This document shows, piece after piece, positions 14,201 to 25,671 of a DNA stretch of 52,841 nt (positions are counted from its first letter, which is position 1; each line of letters opens with the position of its first letter). The stretch is from Proteromonas lacertae (lineage: Eukaryota), in assembly GCA_002245135.1 (NCBI GenBank), contig NGBS01000623.1, positions 1-52,841 on the forward strand, read 5' to 3'. The notes under the pieces are model-generated. The model did no database searches. It was not told the DNA's origin and saw only the letters and a list, made by a program, of their open reading frames with translations. The translations under genes were made by a program, and so were the position numbers.

Positions 14201-17200
14201 ACTTTAACATTTATATTTCTTATACTATTAGAAATAAGAATTCTATTTGATCTTGGAGTAGGAACAGCTTCTGGAGCTTCAACATCTCTTACAATAATAT
14301 CTTTGATAGGCTCATTCTTATTTCTGAATGACAATATATACTTCAATTCATTCTCTACATTCTTGTAATATTTGTCTTTCAATGAATCAATATCTTCTTC
14401 ACTTGCATTATTTCTCAAGTTGTTTATTGTTGTTAAAATTTTCTTTCTAAAGTGAGACATATCTAAACCTATTGCTTCACATATTTGTAATTGTTCTGGT
14501 GTGAGTTTATCTTCAATTTTGTCTTTATTTTCTGTTACTATGGCTATGATATCTTTCAATAATTGTAGATTATTAGTTTGTTTAAATAGAATTATTAAAT
14601 AGTGCATTTCCAATGTTGCTGGTATTCTTCTATTCTTATTCAACAAGTCTCTTTCATATTTAGTAAAGAACCATCCACTTATAGTCTTTGCTATTTGATC
14701 TTCAGATGCTATTATATAGATATAAATGATAATTATATACTAAATTGTTTAGTTAAATCATTGATTTCTTTATTCTCAAAACCTTCTCCTTCTGATTCTT
14801 GACCATTTATACATATATCAGTTGATAATAACCATGATAAGTTGTATTTATCTTCTATTGAATATCCATGAATCATTTGTTTTAACATTTCACTTATTGT
14901 AGCGCAATATAATCTTTCAATGTTGTAATGTAATGGAGTATCTCTTAATATCTTTTGATCTATACAGAATTATATGAATATGAATATAATAAAAAAGTAT
15001 ATTTTACCTTTAACATAACAATTAAACTTCATTTTACCTTCAAATGCAACAGCTAATTGGCATTTATCACTTGTTAACTCTTCTCCTATGACTTTATCAG
15101 ATTCTGAGATAATTTCATTATTATATTCAACTGTTAATTTGAATGTTTTACTATTAATTGTTAACACAATGATAGATCCTGATGTAATGCAGAATGGTCT
15201 AACAAAATACTTCTTATCTTTTAAATATATAAATTCACCTTTATTATTAGTATATATCTCACAATTCTTAATACCTTTAGCTGGATCAGATTTTGTCAAG
15301 CCAAATGAAAAGCTTGATGTATTATCTTCAGATGAAATAATATGAAAGATAATTTTCAATTCAACATCATGAAAAACAGTTGAAGATAATAACCTTTGCT
15401 TAAATGCATTACTAATCACTGGATAAACAGAAGGACCAATTCTCTTCTCCAATTCTGATTCTTCTATTCCATCTAATTCAAAATATGGTTGAATATTGAA
15501 CGACTTTTGATTTCTTGGAAATATATATAAAGTACAAAGTGTATAGTTAATTAAGAACTTATTGAATCCTTCAATACTATTATCTTCAGATATATCTGTC
15601 ACTAAATCTATCAAATCTGTTCTATAATGAATATCATCGATTCTATTAGTAATTTTATATGGATCATTACTCTTATATATTTCAGTCGAATAAATGAAAT
15701 ATGTTCTATTTGCACGTAGAATTAGAGGATATAATAAACCTTCAGAAGCAAAACCCAAACTATCAATTTGTGATTTACTATTCACAACAACTGAAGATAA
15801 TATTTCTTTTGTGCTTTGGTCAATTAAACGAATAACATGTGGTGAATGTAATTGTCTCAAATTATCTCTTAAACTAACAGCTCTTCCCAACGAATATAAT
15901 ACTAAATCCACTTTTGGTTTAAAGAAATAACCCATATTGCATGTTTTATTATCAATTGAACCATCTTCTAATGATAATAATGAACTGGTTGGTGGAGAAA
16001 TAAAGTCTCTTTGTATCCAATCGTTATCTATTATATTGTTCATTATTATATCATTATTATCATATTCAGAATCAAGTATATGGCAATATTTCTCATGTTC
16101 TATACATAATTCTATGATTGGTTGATTAATAGATTCAATAATGCTTTGATTGTATAAATTATTTTTAATAAATGATATAAATTCAATCACAAATTCACCA
16201 ATTGGAGATGAATAATAATTAGCTTTTGTATAATCCATTAATTCTTTTTCTTTTTTAGTTTCTTCCATACATTTTAGAATATATTCTTTTATTGCTATTT
16301 TTGTATAGTTTTCTATATCAACATACTTCTTTTCAGTGTCTTTAGAAATAATGGCAGTTAAATACTGTTCTTGATATTTAATAATGAAATTACTGAGTAT
16401 TCTATACTGATTATTTATATTTTTATCTTTCTTCTTTATTGAATCAATATATAACCCAATTGATTTAAAAAATAGTAATTTAAATAAGGCTATTTCTATT
16501 GGATATATTTCACCATTATCATCATTACATAAATAATATATCATTACTGGAGATTCGCTGAATCTTTCTAAAAGAATAAAGAATATTTTATCATTATCTT
16601 TTAACTTTAGGAAATAACTAATCCTTTCCTCAACTGTAGTAAATAACAATGAATAACCTGATACGATTGTTGATGTTAATTGTTTAATCAAATCTTCATG
16701 ATCTGGGTTAATAACATCATATAAAGAGATTATATTCTTTGTCAAATTCTCGAACTTTCCCATTAATTGTAATGGATCTGCCATTTTCCACAATTGATTA
16801 TCTTTTGGACTTAATCCATCTAATATAAACTGTTTAAAATTCATTTGCATTAAGTATAAAACATGATACAAATCTGTTTCGTGAAGTTTTAAATCTTTTT
16901 TACATTCATCAATTAGTGTATTAAATATTGAAACAGTTTTATTGGATAATTCATACCAAATTGGTATTTGACTAATACTTTTACTTGAATATGGAATAGT
17001 CTCATAAAATTCTATTATCTCTTTCAATAATTCAAATATTACATTCATAAATTCAGAAGTATTATTTATTGCTCTTTCTACATACAACTTATCATATTCT
17101 TCTTTATTTAAAAAACAAATATTATGCCAAGCAATACAACATCTATTAACATCATTTCTTGAATTAATAACAAAACTAATCTCACACATATTCTCTATTT

Positions 17201-19375
17201 TAATATCAAATTCATATTTTGGATTATGAACATCTATCGGTTTTTCTCCATAAACTAATTGATTTGTACCATCACTATCTCTTGCATATATTTTAATAAA
17301 TATAGAATTATCACGTATAATGTCATCTTTATCTTTATCTGTCATAGCAACATAGCCATGACAGTAATACTTTAATCTACAAGGCACAGAGAGTGAATAA
17401 TCATTTCTACCTTCAATATTATATCCATAAGCATCATAGTTAATATTACCTTTGAATTTCACTACATCTGTTGAATAATCATTATTAAAATTAACATTTG
17501 GCATTGCTATTAATAATTTACTATCTCTAGTCTCAGTGAAAGATAATAAACTAACTTTTGAATTACCATTAAACAACACAATTGGATAAATATTGTTTCC
17601 TTTTGATAAACTGAAAAATGGAACATATAAATCATTATTAATACTTATATATAATGCATGAGATGTTTCAACATACAATAAACTAATTACATCATTTTCA
17701 ATCATTGGTTTAACATAATCATATTCTAAACATCTACCATTAAACACTCTATTTCCTTTAGTTGAATATAAATAGATCATTCCACATTCTTCTATATTCA
17801 CTCCTTCTATATATGTTTTCTTTGATATACCAAAATATATTTCATCCTTTTCATCTAACTTTGTAATTAAAAACTTCCATTCATAAACAGCAGGATAAGA
17901 TAAACAATAATTCAAAATAGCGTAATTATATTTGATATTTGATTTATCACTACTTAAGTGAATTCCATCTTTTATTCTTATACCAGCTGTACAATAGGTT
18001 GGTTCAAATATTGTCCTTATAGGATTCTTCTTTATATATAAATTATGTTCTCTTTCATAAAATAATGATTGTTTTTTATCCTCCAAATACTTTACAAATG
18101 ATGAAGCTTCCTCTTTTATTTTAGAGAAATCAAATGATTTATTATCAATTTGTAACATTGTAGAAATATAACTGATTAATGGATAGAATAAATCGGTAAT
18201 TTTACATATTCTTAACATTAGAAACGTATATTTGTCTAATTTATCATGGTAATTGGTAGTCAATTTTTCAATATATGTTCTAAAAGTAGTTCTAGCATAA
18301 ACACTATCAGCTTCATCATAAAATAACACTTTCTTAATATTAATATAAAACGATCTACTCTTATCAGGACATTTGAATGTAAAAACAAGCGATTTTAGTT
18401 CATTAGGATCAATTGAAGATGGAACTAATAAGTTTATATCATTATCTATTTCATTATCTGTGATTAATGTCTCAGTAAGTTCAATTTCTCCTATTTTTGT
18501 CTTCATTATGATTGGATATGAATGACTCTCCAATCTTATCTATTATTTTATTATTAAATTAAATATATAATATACTCTAATATAACTCGGTAGTTCAAAA
18601 CATTCTAATTGACAATTACATATTTTCTCTCTATTTGGTTGTATTACTCCACTTTTCCATAATATACTCCTGTCTCCCATTTGTTTTTGTTCTTCATCAT
18701 CTTCTGGACTTAGTTTCAATGTACATGAATCACATTCTCTTCCTCTTTTCTCTTGAAATTGACATATTTCTCTATTCAACTTTTTAGAGGAATTTTGGAG
18801 TTTATCGTTTAATTTTTCTAGAAATTTGTCATAACTGGATGGTACTATATCTTCATTGCTTATCTATTAGAATAATAATGATTAATATACGAAACAAGGA
18901 ATAGTAAAAAAGAATTTCGGTTGTTCAGAATAAGAATGTAATAAACCATTATATATGTTTTGAAAATTACGAAATATTGACTTATTATTCTATAAAATAT
19001 AATATAAATCAAACAACTAGGAGATACTTCAATTAAATTCTCTAAAGGTATTGAATATGATGAAAATGGTGGACCACATATTTCCATTTGAGAATATAAA
19101 TTGAGTTCCATCAAGGAATGGTAAAAATCTGAACGATTTCCAAATCTAGAGTATTAAAGGAAGGAAAAATACTTCAACCTTTCTTCTGTTTTAGTTATGG
19201 TGCTTTCAAAATCTTGGTGATATAAAGAGCCCATCCAATACTCATATTCATATCCTGTAAAATCGTTTGTGTTTGAATAACAGTTATTATTCTGTGATTT
19301 ATTAATATTGTACAGACGTTTCATGGCATCACCTTTATATAGAAACCTAAGATCTTTATTGTCTGTAAATTCCAT
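8209..19375 (-). CDS. Giant HECT E3 ubiquitin ligase (~3,650 aa) with two SPRY-like domains and ESxHPY CUB-like modules; about 6 short introns
   Basis: C-terminal HECT (EEGVDAGGLFRD ... LPKSHTCFFQLDLPMY). ORFs 19154, 18860, 18543, 14970 and 8209 join in frame through GT-AG introns (e.g. 19146-19172, 18540-18575, 14960-15007). Confidence 0.9.
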
Positions 19376-19414
19376 TTTTAAAATTACATTTGATCTCAAG
19401 CCGAGCTTTTTACT

Positions 19415-19454
19415 TTTTCATAACCCCAAAACACAATAAATTGGGTTATGAAAA
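19415..19454. promoter_or_regulatory. 12-bp perfect inverted repeat in the 111-nt divergent HECT/Ras intergenic region
   Basis: TTTTCATAACCC (19415-19426) and GGGTTATGAAAA (19443-19454), 16-nt spacer. Confidence 0.55.
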
Positions 19455-19486
19455 GAAATTTTTTAAAAAGATAATTTTTTCACAGA

Positions 19487-20372
19487 ATGAGAATTATTGC
19501 ACATAAAAATGAAAGAGGTGCAGAAGGGAAAGTATTTATTATTTTTAAAACTATAGATAATGCATGTTGACCTTCAGAACACCTCATTTGATCAATTGAA
19601 GAAGGATATAGCCGATAAAGTTGGATTGAAGCAGTGTAGAAGAATATTTATTTCAAGTGGTGCTGAAATAACCAATATAAACGAAATTCACGAACTTGAT
19701 CTATTATATGGCTCATCAGGTGAAGATTATTTTAAACGTATTTATTTACTGATAAATAATACATAATAGAAACTGGTTTATCAGATCATTTCGCAATATC
19801 AGTTGTAGGAGCAGGTGGTGTAGGAAAATCAGCTCTGACGTTAAGATTCGTTAGAAATTCATTTATAAATAATTGGGATCCAACCATAGAAGACGCATAC
19901 AGCAAACCAGTCGAAGTTGATCATAAAATATGTAAATTGGATATTTTAGATACTGCTGGACAAGAAGATTTTGAATCTTTACGATATCAGTGGATGTTAG
20001 ACAAAGATGGTTATTTATTTGTGTTTTCGTTAGATAATCGAGATAGTTTGAAGGAACTTGATTCATTTTTCCAATTACATTCTCAATTAAATACAAATAG
20101 GCAAGTTCCAATTGTTGTGTGTGGAAACAAAGCTGATTTAATAGTATCATTATGAATATTATGTAATTTTGTAGAATGATGTAAATCCAGTGATTCCTTA
20201 TGAAAGTATTAAGCAGAAAGTCGCTCAATATCACGCGCAATACCTTGAAACTAGTGCTTTGACTGGTAATAATGTTAATACTGCGTTTGAAACGCTGATT
20301 AGAGAAATCAGGAATATAAACAATCCAAAAACCAAATCTTTATGTCCATGTGGTTGTTGCAATATTATGTAA
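19487..20372 (+). CDS. Ras-family GTPase with an N-terminal DCX/KHA-like ubiquitin-fold domain; introns 19532-19556, 19738-19769, 20144-20174
   Basis: The spliced frame is continuous: GAGGVGKS, WDPTIED, DTAGQE, NKAD, ETSA, and CaaX CNIM. Confidence 0.9.
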
Positions 20373-20434
20373 TTTTATTAATACAAAAATTTTATTTTTT
20401 ATTATTATTATTATTAAAATAGTTTGTATTTTTA

Positions 20435-20725
20435 TTATTTATTTGCATTATCTAAGGTGGGATTACGGATTTTTAATAATAGAGGACTGTTCTTTAAAGC
20501 ATCTGGTAATACAACAAATCTTATCATACTACCTCTTAGAAAAACGTATTGTAATTTTGATATTCTGCCATCTCTTCCTGTAAGAGTCACATTTGACAAC
20601 TGACAGTTCATATTGTCTTCACTTGAGTTTAATAATCCTCTGTATACTTCACCATTTTTTAATTCGACTGTTACGTTGTTTCCTTCACCTTCATGTATTA
20701 ATTTTATTGGAACACCAAGAGACAT
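20435..20725 (-). CDS. SNRPD3: Small nuclear ribonucleoprotein Sm D3
   Basis: [15 protein letters not shown]...[10 protein letters not shown]...EDNMNCQL...[23 protein letters not shown] probable 5' UTR intron lies at 20729-20805. Confidence 0.95.
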   Translation of the reverse strand: MSLGVPIKLIHEGEGNNVTVELKNGEVYRGLLNSSEDNMNCQLSNVTLTGRDGRISKLQYVFLRGSMIRFVVLPDALKNSPLLLKIRNPTLDNANK

Positions 20726-20978
20726 AATCTATTTGAAATACAAAAAAATAATGCATGCTATGAATTTAAGTAAAAAGAAAAATAGATAAGGAAATAAATA
20801 TATACTTATATTTGATCTAGACTGTAAGAAAAATTGGATGATTAAAAATGTTTATCAAGCCGAAATCAAACTTGTATGAAATTTAAAAGCGTTATTTTGG
20901 GAATTATTTAGGAATTATAATAAATTGAAATGATGTATATAGAATAAACTTCATAATATACATAGATTATTAAACTAT

Positions 20979-23591
20979 TTATTCATCTTCCTTTACATTC
21001 TCTTCATTTCCTTCTTCATCTTCTTCTTCTTCATCTTCTTCTTCTTCATCTTCATATTCTTCATCTTCATATTCTAAATTATTCCACACATTTTCAATAC
21101 AATCCATTATAATATTACAAAAATTATTATTCAAATATTCTATTGCAATAAAATAAAATATATACTATCATATATATTAATTCTACTTTTTATAAACTCC
21201 TTAATATTTTCTAACGATCCAGTCTCACCAAAATCAGCTAAACAACAGAATATATAATGCAATAAAATAATGAATGGATAAACACATGACTTATCTAAAT
21301 CCAATTGAATATTAACTATAAACTTTTGAAGGAATGAACCATCTTGTATCTCTTCACATTCATAAGTTTCATAATCAAAGACAATTCCATAAGGATATAA
21401 AAAATAACTAGTCACTCTCAATAATTCATCATTATCTTCATTAAATCTATTATTAAATTCTTTCTTTAATTTATCTACTATTTCATCATTATAAAATACT
21501 GAATGATTATTTTGATGAATATTTTTTATAGGGAAAAATATCTATTTATATTTAAATAAATATAATTATAAATATCAAATACTTCTATATCATTAAACAA
21601 GTTAACATCCATTAATCTTTCATTATTTAGATTACTCATAATTTGTTCAATTGTTAATTTCGCAAATGGTGATTGATTATTCTTCTTACAGTAAAATTCA
21701 ACCAACTACATAATATAAATATATAATTTATTATATATATATATATACATTAAATGTTTTATCATATTCAGGTGGTTTAAGTTTATCTCTTTGCAATAAT
21801 AATTGTTCTATATTTTTTCCATTTTCTTTAATGTTATACGATGATTGCTTTTTATTTTCATACTCTTCACATTTCTTTTCAAGATAATTAATTCTATTTT
21901 TATACTCCTTTACACTATTTTCATATTCTTCAGTTTTTTGTTTATACTCTTTAATCAGTTCTTCTTGCTTCTTCATTGCTACTGAATTCATAGTTGGCCC
22001 AACAACATGATTTGGTGGTAAAACAAAAGGAGGTGGAACAGTTGATTTTACTGAATCATTTTTTAATCTTTCATTCTCTTTTCTATATATATTTATTATC
22101 TTTAATTTATCTACAGTTTCAGTTGATATTATGTTATGAAGTCTTTCATACAATTTTTGGATCTCTTGTTGAATATCTTCAATATCATTTTCTTTTTTTT
22201 CTATAAATTCTATTGAATCAGAAATAAAATCTTTGTTTCTCATTATTAGATTATTTGATTCATCTAGAAGTGGTAAAGGAAGTTTACAGGATGGTTTTTC
22301 TATTCGAGAAGTATCTTTTGATGATGATGTAGATGATGAAAATGATTGAATTTGATTATTTCTGTTATTATTGTTGCTTACATCATCATCATCATCATCA
22401 TCACTTTCATCTTTTATTTTATTACCACTTATAATCATATAATTCTTATAATCTTCATATTCTTTTATCATATCTTTCAATTTATTTGATTCTATTCTTA
22501 TTTTATTTAATAATAAAAACACATTGGATGTGACTGGAGTACATCTTATTTCTCTGCATTTTCTACCAAATCTTAATATTTCTTCATTTTCTTTTATTGA
22601 TGCATTAAATGGATCTGCACATAAAGTAAATATTGTGTTACTATCACATCCAATTCTTTTATATAACATTTTACTGAGTAATGTATCATATTTATCATTC
22701 AAATTATAATCTTTGATATCTATTCAATATTTAGATATATATATATATACTATCACTCATTATTAATGTAATTTCAGATGAATAAATACCATTTTGTAAT
22801 GTTAAATTGATTATGTAATGAGATCTTATTGATTTATTTTTTTCTATTAACTCACAATATCTGTAATAAGAATTTTTAAATTCATTGAAATAATCTTCTT
22901 TCTTCGTTATTTCATTACGTTTTAACACAATGTTCTTTTCAACTTCAAATGGTTCTTTTGTGGATAGAATAACATTCTTCACATCATTAAATGTTAAACT
23001 AATAATTGAATCATTATTATGAAGTTTATTACGATGATGATCATCATCATAAATAAAAACGCCGGAAGAATGCATCTATGATTATATATATATATTAAAT
23101 AATAATATATACATAGATTTTTAGGTTATTATTTGATGATTTTTTGTTTAATAAAGTGTTTATTATTCTTGGTACTAATCCATAATCTAATTCTGGGTAT
23201 TTACTATTTTCTATATTACCATGAAACAGATTCAATTGACCTGCATTTTTACATCCACATCTAATATAGAGAAGGAAAGCTAATACACTGCTATAGTTGT
23301 ATTTAATCCATATAAAGATGTCAATACAATTTGTTCAACATATTCATATCTATAACATAGAATATTTATCGATACAAATCACTTTGAAGAGAATCTAAAG
23401 TAAGCACTCTATCAAATATATATGTGTTTCCATTATAATCAATTTGATCCTATAGATTTATAAAATTAAATATACATATTTAATATCCTTGTATCGAGGA
23501 TGATCAGGATGTATATGATTTTCATTCGTCTTTTGCTGTATGCTATATATAATCTATTCAGCTATGTTTAGAAATGTTATACTGTAGTCAT
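20979..23591 (-). CDS. Kinesin-like protein with degenerate motor motifs, coiled coil, a C-terminal globular domain and an acidic tail; multiple introns
   Basis: Spliced: YIFDRVLTLDSLQSDLYEYVEQIVLTSLYGLNTTIAVCGCKNAGQL...GLVPRII...SIRSH...CDSNTIFTLCADP...EILRFG, in kinesin motif order. Confidence 0.8.
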
Positions 23592-23931
23592 GATATTGCT
23601 CTATAATTGAATAAAGATTTAATACAAAAATACAGTGTATAAATGTATTATTTTTTTTAAACAATAAATGCTATAAAATTATGTTAAACGGGAGAATATA
23701 TACAAAAAAATAATAGAATATTAGTCATATTCGAATTGATTAGCTGAGTATTTAATCAATCTCAATTGCTACTTATGTTCCAAACTAAAATTGTATAACT
23801 TATAACCTTGTATGATATTATATCAATGATATAATCACTATGATTGTTAAATTTTCAAATAGCTTGAATTACGGTTTGATTTCTGGCATTTTTTATATTT
23901 TTCTAATTTATTCATTATAATTATACCTAAG

Positions 23932-24375
23932 ATGGCTGATGGTATTAAAACAAATATAATTCTTATAGATGAACAAGTTCTTCCTAGACTAGGAGCTCAC
24001 GATGGTATAGATTTATGTTTTACTTGTAGATATGTTAGCTGATAATGGATCATCTCGTGCTAATATAAATGAAAGAGTTCATATCATTTTTGTTGTAATT
24101 ATATGATAAGTTCTTTAATTTCTTCAAATATTCGTGTTCAACAACGTAATGGTAAAAAATTTATCACAACAATACAAGGCTTAGCAACAGATTTAAATAT
24201 AAAGAAGCTATTGAAAGCATTTAAGCGAAATTTCAAATGTAACGGTGCAATAATAGAAGATCCAGAATTAGGAAATATTATACAACTACAAGGTGACCAA
24301 AGACAAAATGTGAGAGATTTTTTGATTGATGAAGAAATAAATGAAAAAGATGCTATTGTCATTCACGGATCATAA
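23932..24375 (+). CDS. EIF1: Translation initiation factor eIF1/SUI1; introns 23942-23968, 24005-24029 and non-canonical 24081-24127
   Basis: Spliced protein MADDEQ...ERVHIRVQQRNGKKFITTIQGL...FKCNG...IQLQGDQR...VIHG. Confidence 0.95.
24081..24127 (+). other. U12-type-like AT-AA intron (47 nt)
   Basis: 5' ATATCATTTT, branch-like TTCTTTAAT at 24111-24119. Removing it restores the conserved eIF1 VHIR(V/I)QQR. Confidence 0.8.
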
Positions 24376-24491
24376 ATTTTAATTTTTATTATGTGTATTT
24401 GTTAGTTTGTTGGTATTATAATTAGCATAATCATCTATAACAGAGGATGTATAAGATTTAAACAGAATATATTTCAAAATAGATTTGAAAA

Positions 24492-25490
24492 ATGATAAAA
24501 CATATTGAACACAATAGAGAGATAAACATAAATATATCAAATAACTCAGTTAACTCTTTATATAGCAAATATACAGAAAAGGAGAAGAGGAAACTTACAA
24601 AGACAGTTATGTTAGCTATTACATTTATTATATCATTTATAATTGCATTTTTCTTGTTACAAAATAATTTACAAACAAATGAAGTGATTGAAACCAAAGA
24701 AACCCATATTGAAGTATATCTTTTTATTTTCAACTATCATTGGAACAGTTATGTAAGTTATCCATATCTAAGAGATGTATACATCCCATATCTACAGAAA
24801 ACATTCAAAAATAAGTGTGAATTTGTGTTTTATGGTCCAAAAGAATCATCACAATACCCTATAAAAAGAAATGGCTTAGATGAAGGTGGCTATTATTCTT
24901 ATTATACCTTAGTTAAGGCATACAAAGACATAAATAAGCAATATGATGGATATTTCTTTCTCAATGATGATAGTTTTTTTGATCCAGTTTTATTTTATAA
25001 AAATGGTTTAAATTTAAATTATCCAATAGTGGAAGGGATGGGGATATTTCCAGCTAATTTTACAGAATGGTTGTGGCCTAATAGTCCAAATTACAGAGGA
25101 ATTACATTTCGACAAGCATATATAAATGTTAGAAATAATATTTGTAGTGAGAAAAACTCTATAGATAATCACAAATTTGAAAAATTGTGTGGTTTTAATG
25201 AAAATCAGAATTTTCATGGTTATGCAGATTTTTTCTACATCCCTAAGAGTTTAATTAAAGATTTTGTCTATTTGTATGATTTAGCTTATAAAGAAGGTAT
25301 GTTTTTAGAAATGGCAGTTAATTCATTCGCTTATAATTATGAATACCAAGAGTTGGGTTATAAGTGTTACTTTATACACGAATTAGGAAAATGTCCTCAT
25401 ATTCATCCAATTAAATATTCATATGAACAAAATAGACAAATTACAGCAAAATATATACAAAAGACTTTAGTTAGGTTGAACATTAGTTGA
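24492..25490 (+). CDS. Type II membrane glycosyltransferase-like protein resembling the STELLO C-terminal half; intronless
   Basis: N-terminal TM helix; FIFNY...FVFYGP...GYYSY...DGYFFLNDD...ADFFYIPK...FLEMAV. Confidence 0.65.
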   Translation: MIKHIEHNREININISNNSVNSLYSKYTEKEKRKLTKTVMLAITFIISFIIAFFLLQNNLQTNEVIETKETHIEVYLFIFNYHWNSYVSYPYLRDVYIPYLQKTFKNKCEFVFYGPKESSQYPIKRNGLDEGGYYSYYTLVKAYKDINKQYDGYFFLNDDSFFDPVLFYKNGLNLNYPIVEGMGIFPANFTEWLWPNSPNYRGITFRQAYINVRNNICSEKNSIDNHKFEKLCGFNENQNFHGYADFFYIPKSLIKDFVYLYDLAYKEGMFLEMAVNSFAYNYEYQELGYKCYFIHELGKCPHIHPIKYSYEQNRQITAKYIQKTLVRLNIS

Positions 25491-25671
25491 TGTAAGTGGA
25501 TTTTTTTGGAAAAATCAGTTATTTTACAAATAAGTTGTGTAAATAATTAGTTATTAATTTTAGTTATGTTGTTTAAGATTGTGTATTAGGAAGAAAAAGG
25601 TTTTAAAGAAATTGGTTAATGAAAATTTTCGTAAATTGAGAAATTAGTTTTTTTCTTTTTTGAAAATTAGA

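Noticed and set aside
19146..19172. U12-like branch TTCCTTTAAT in the first HECT intron
   Set aside because: The donor is GTATTTTT and the length 27 nt; chance or a converted intron cannot be distinguished.
20144..20174. GTATCATT donor in Ras as a GT-AG U12 intron
   Set aside because: It is 31 nt (major-class size) and has no convincing U12 branch site.
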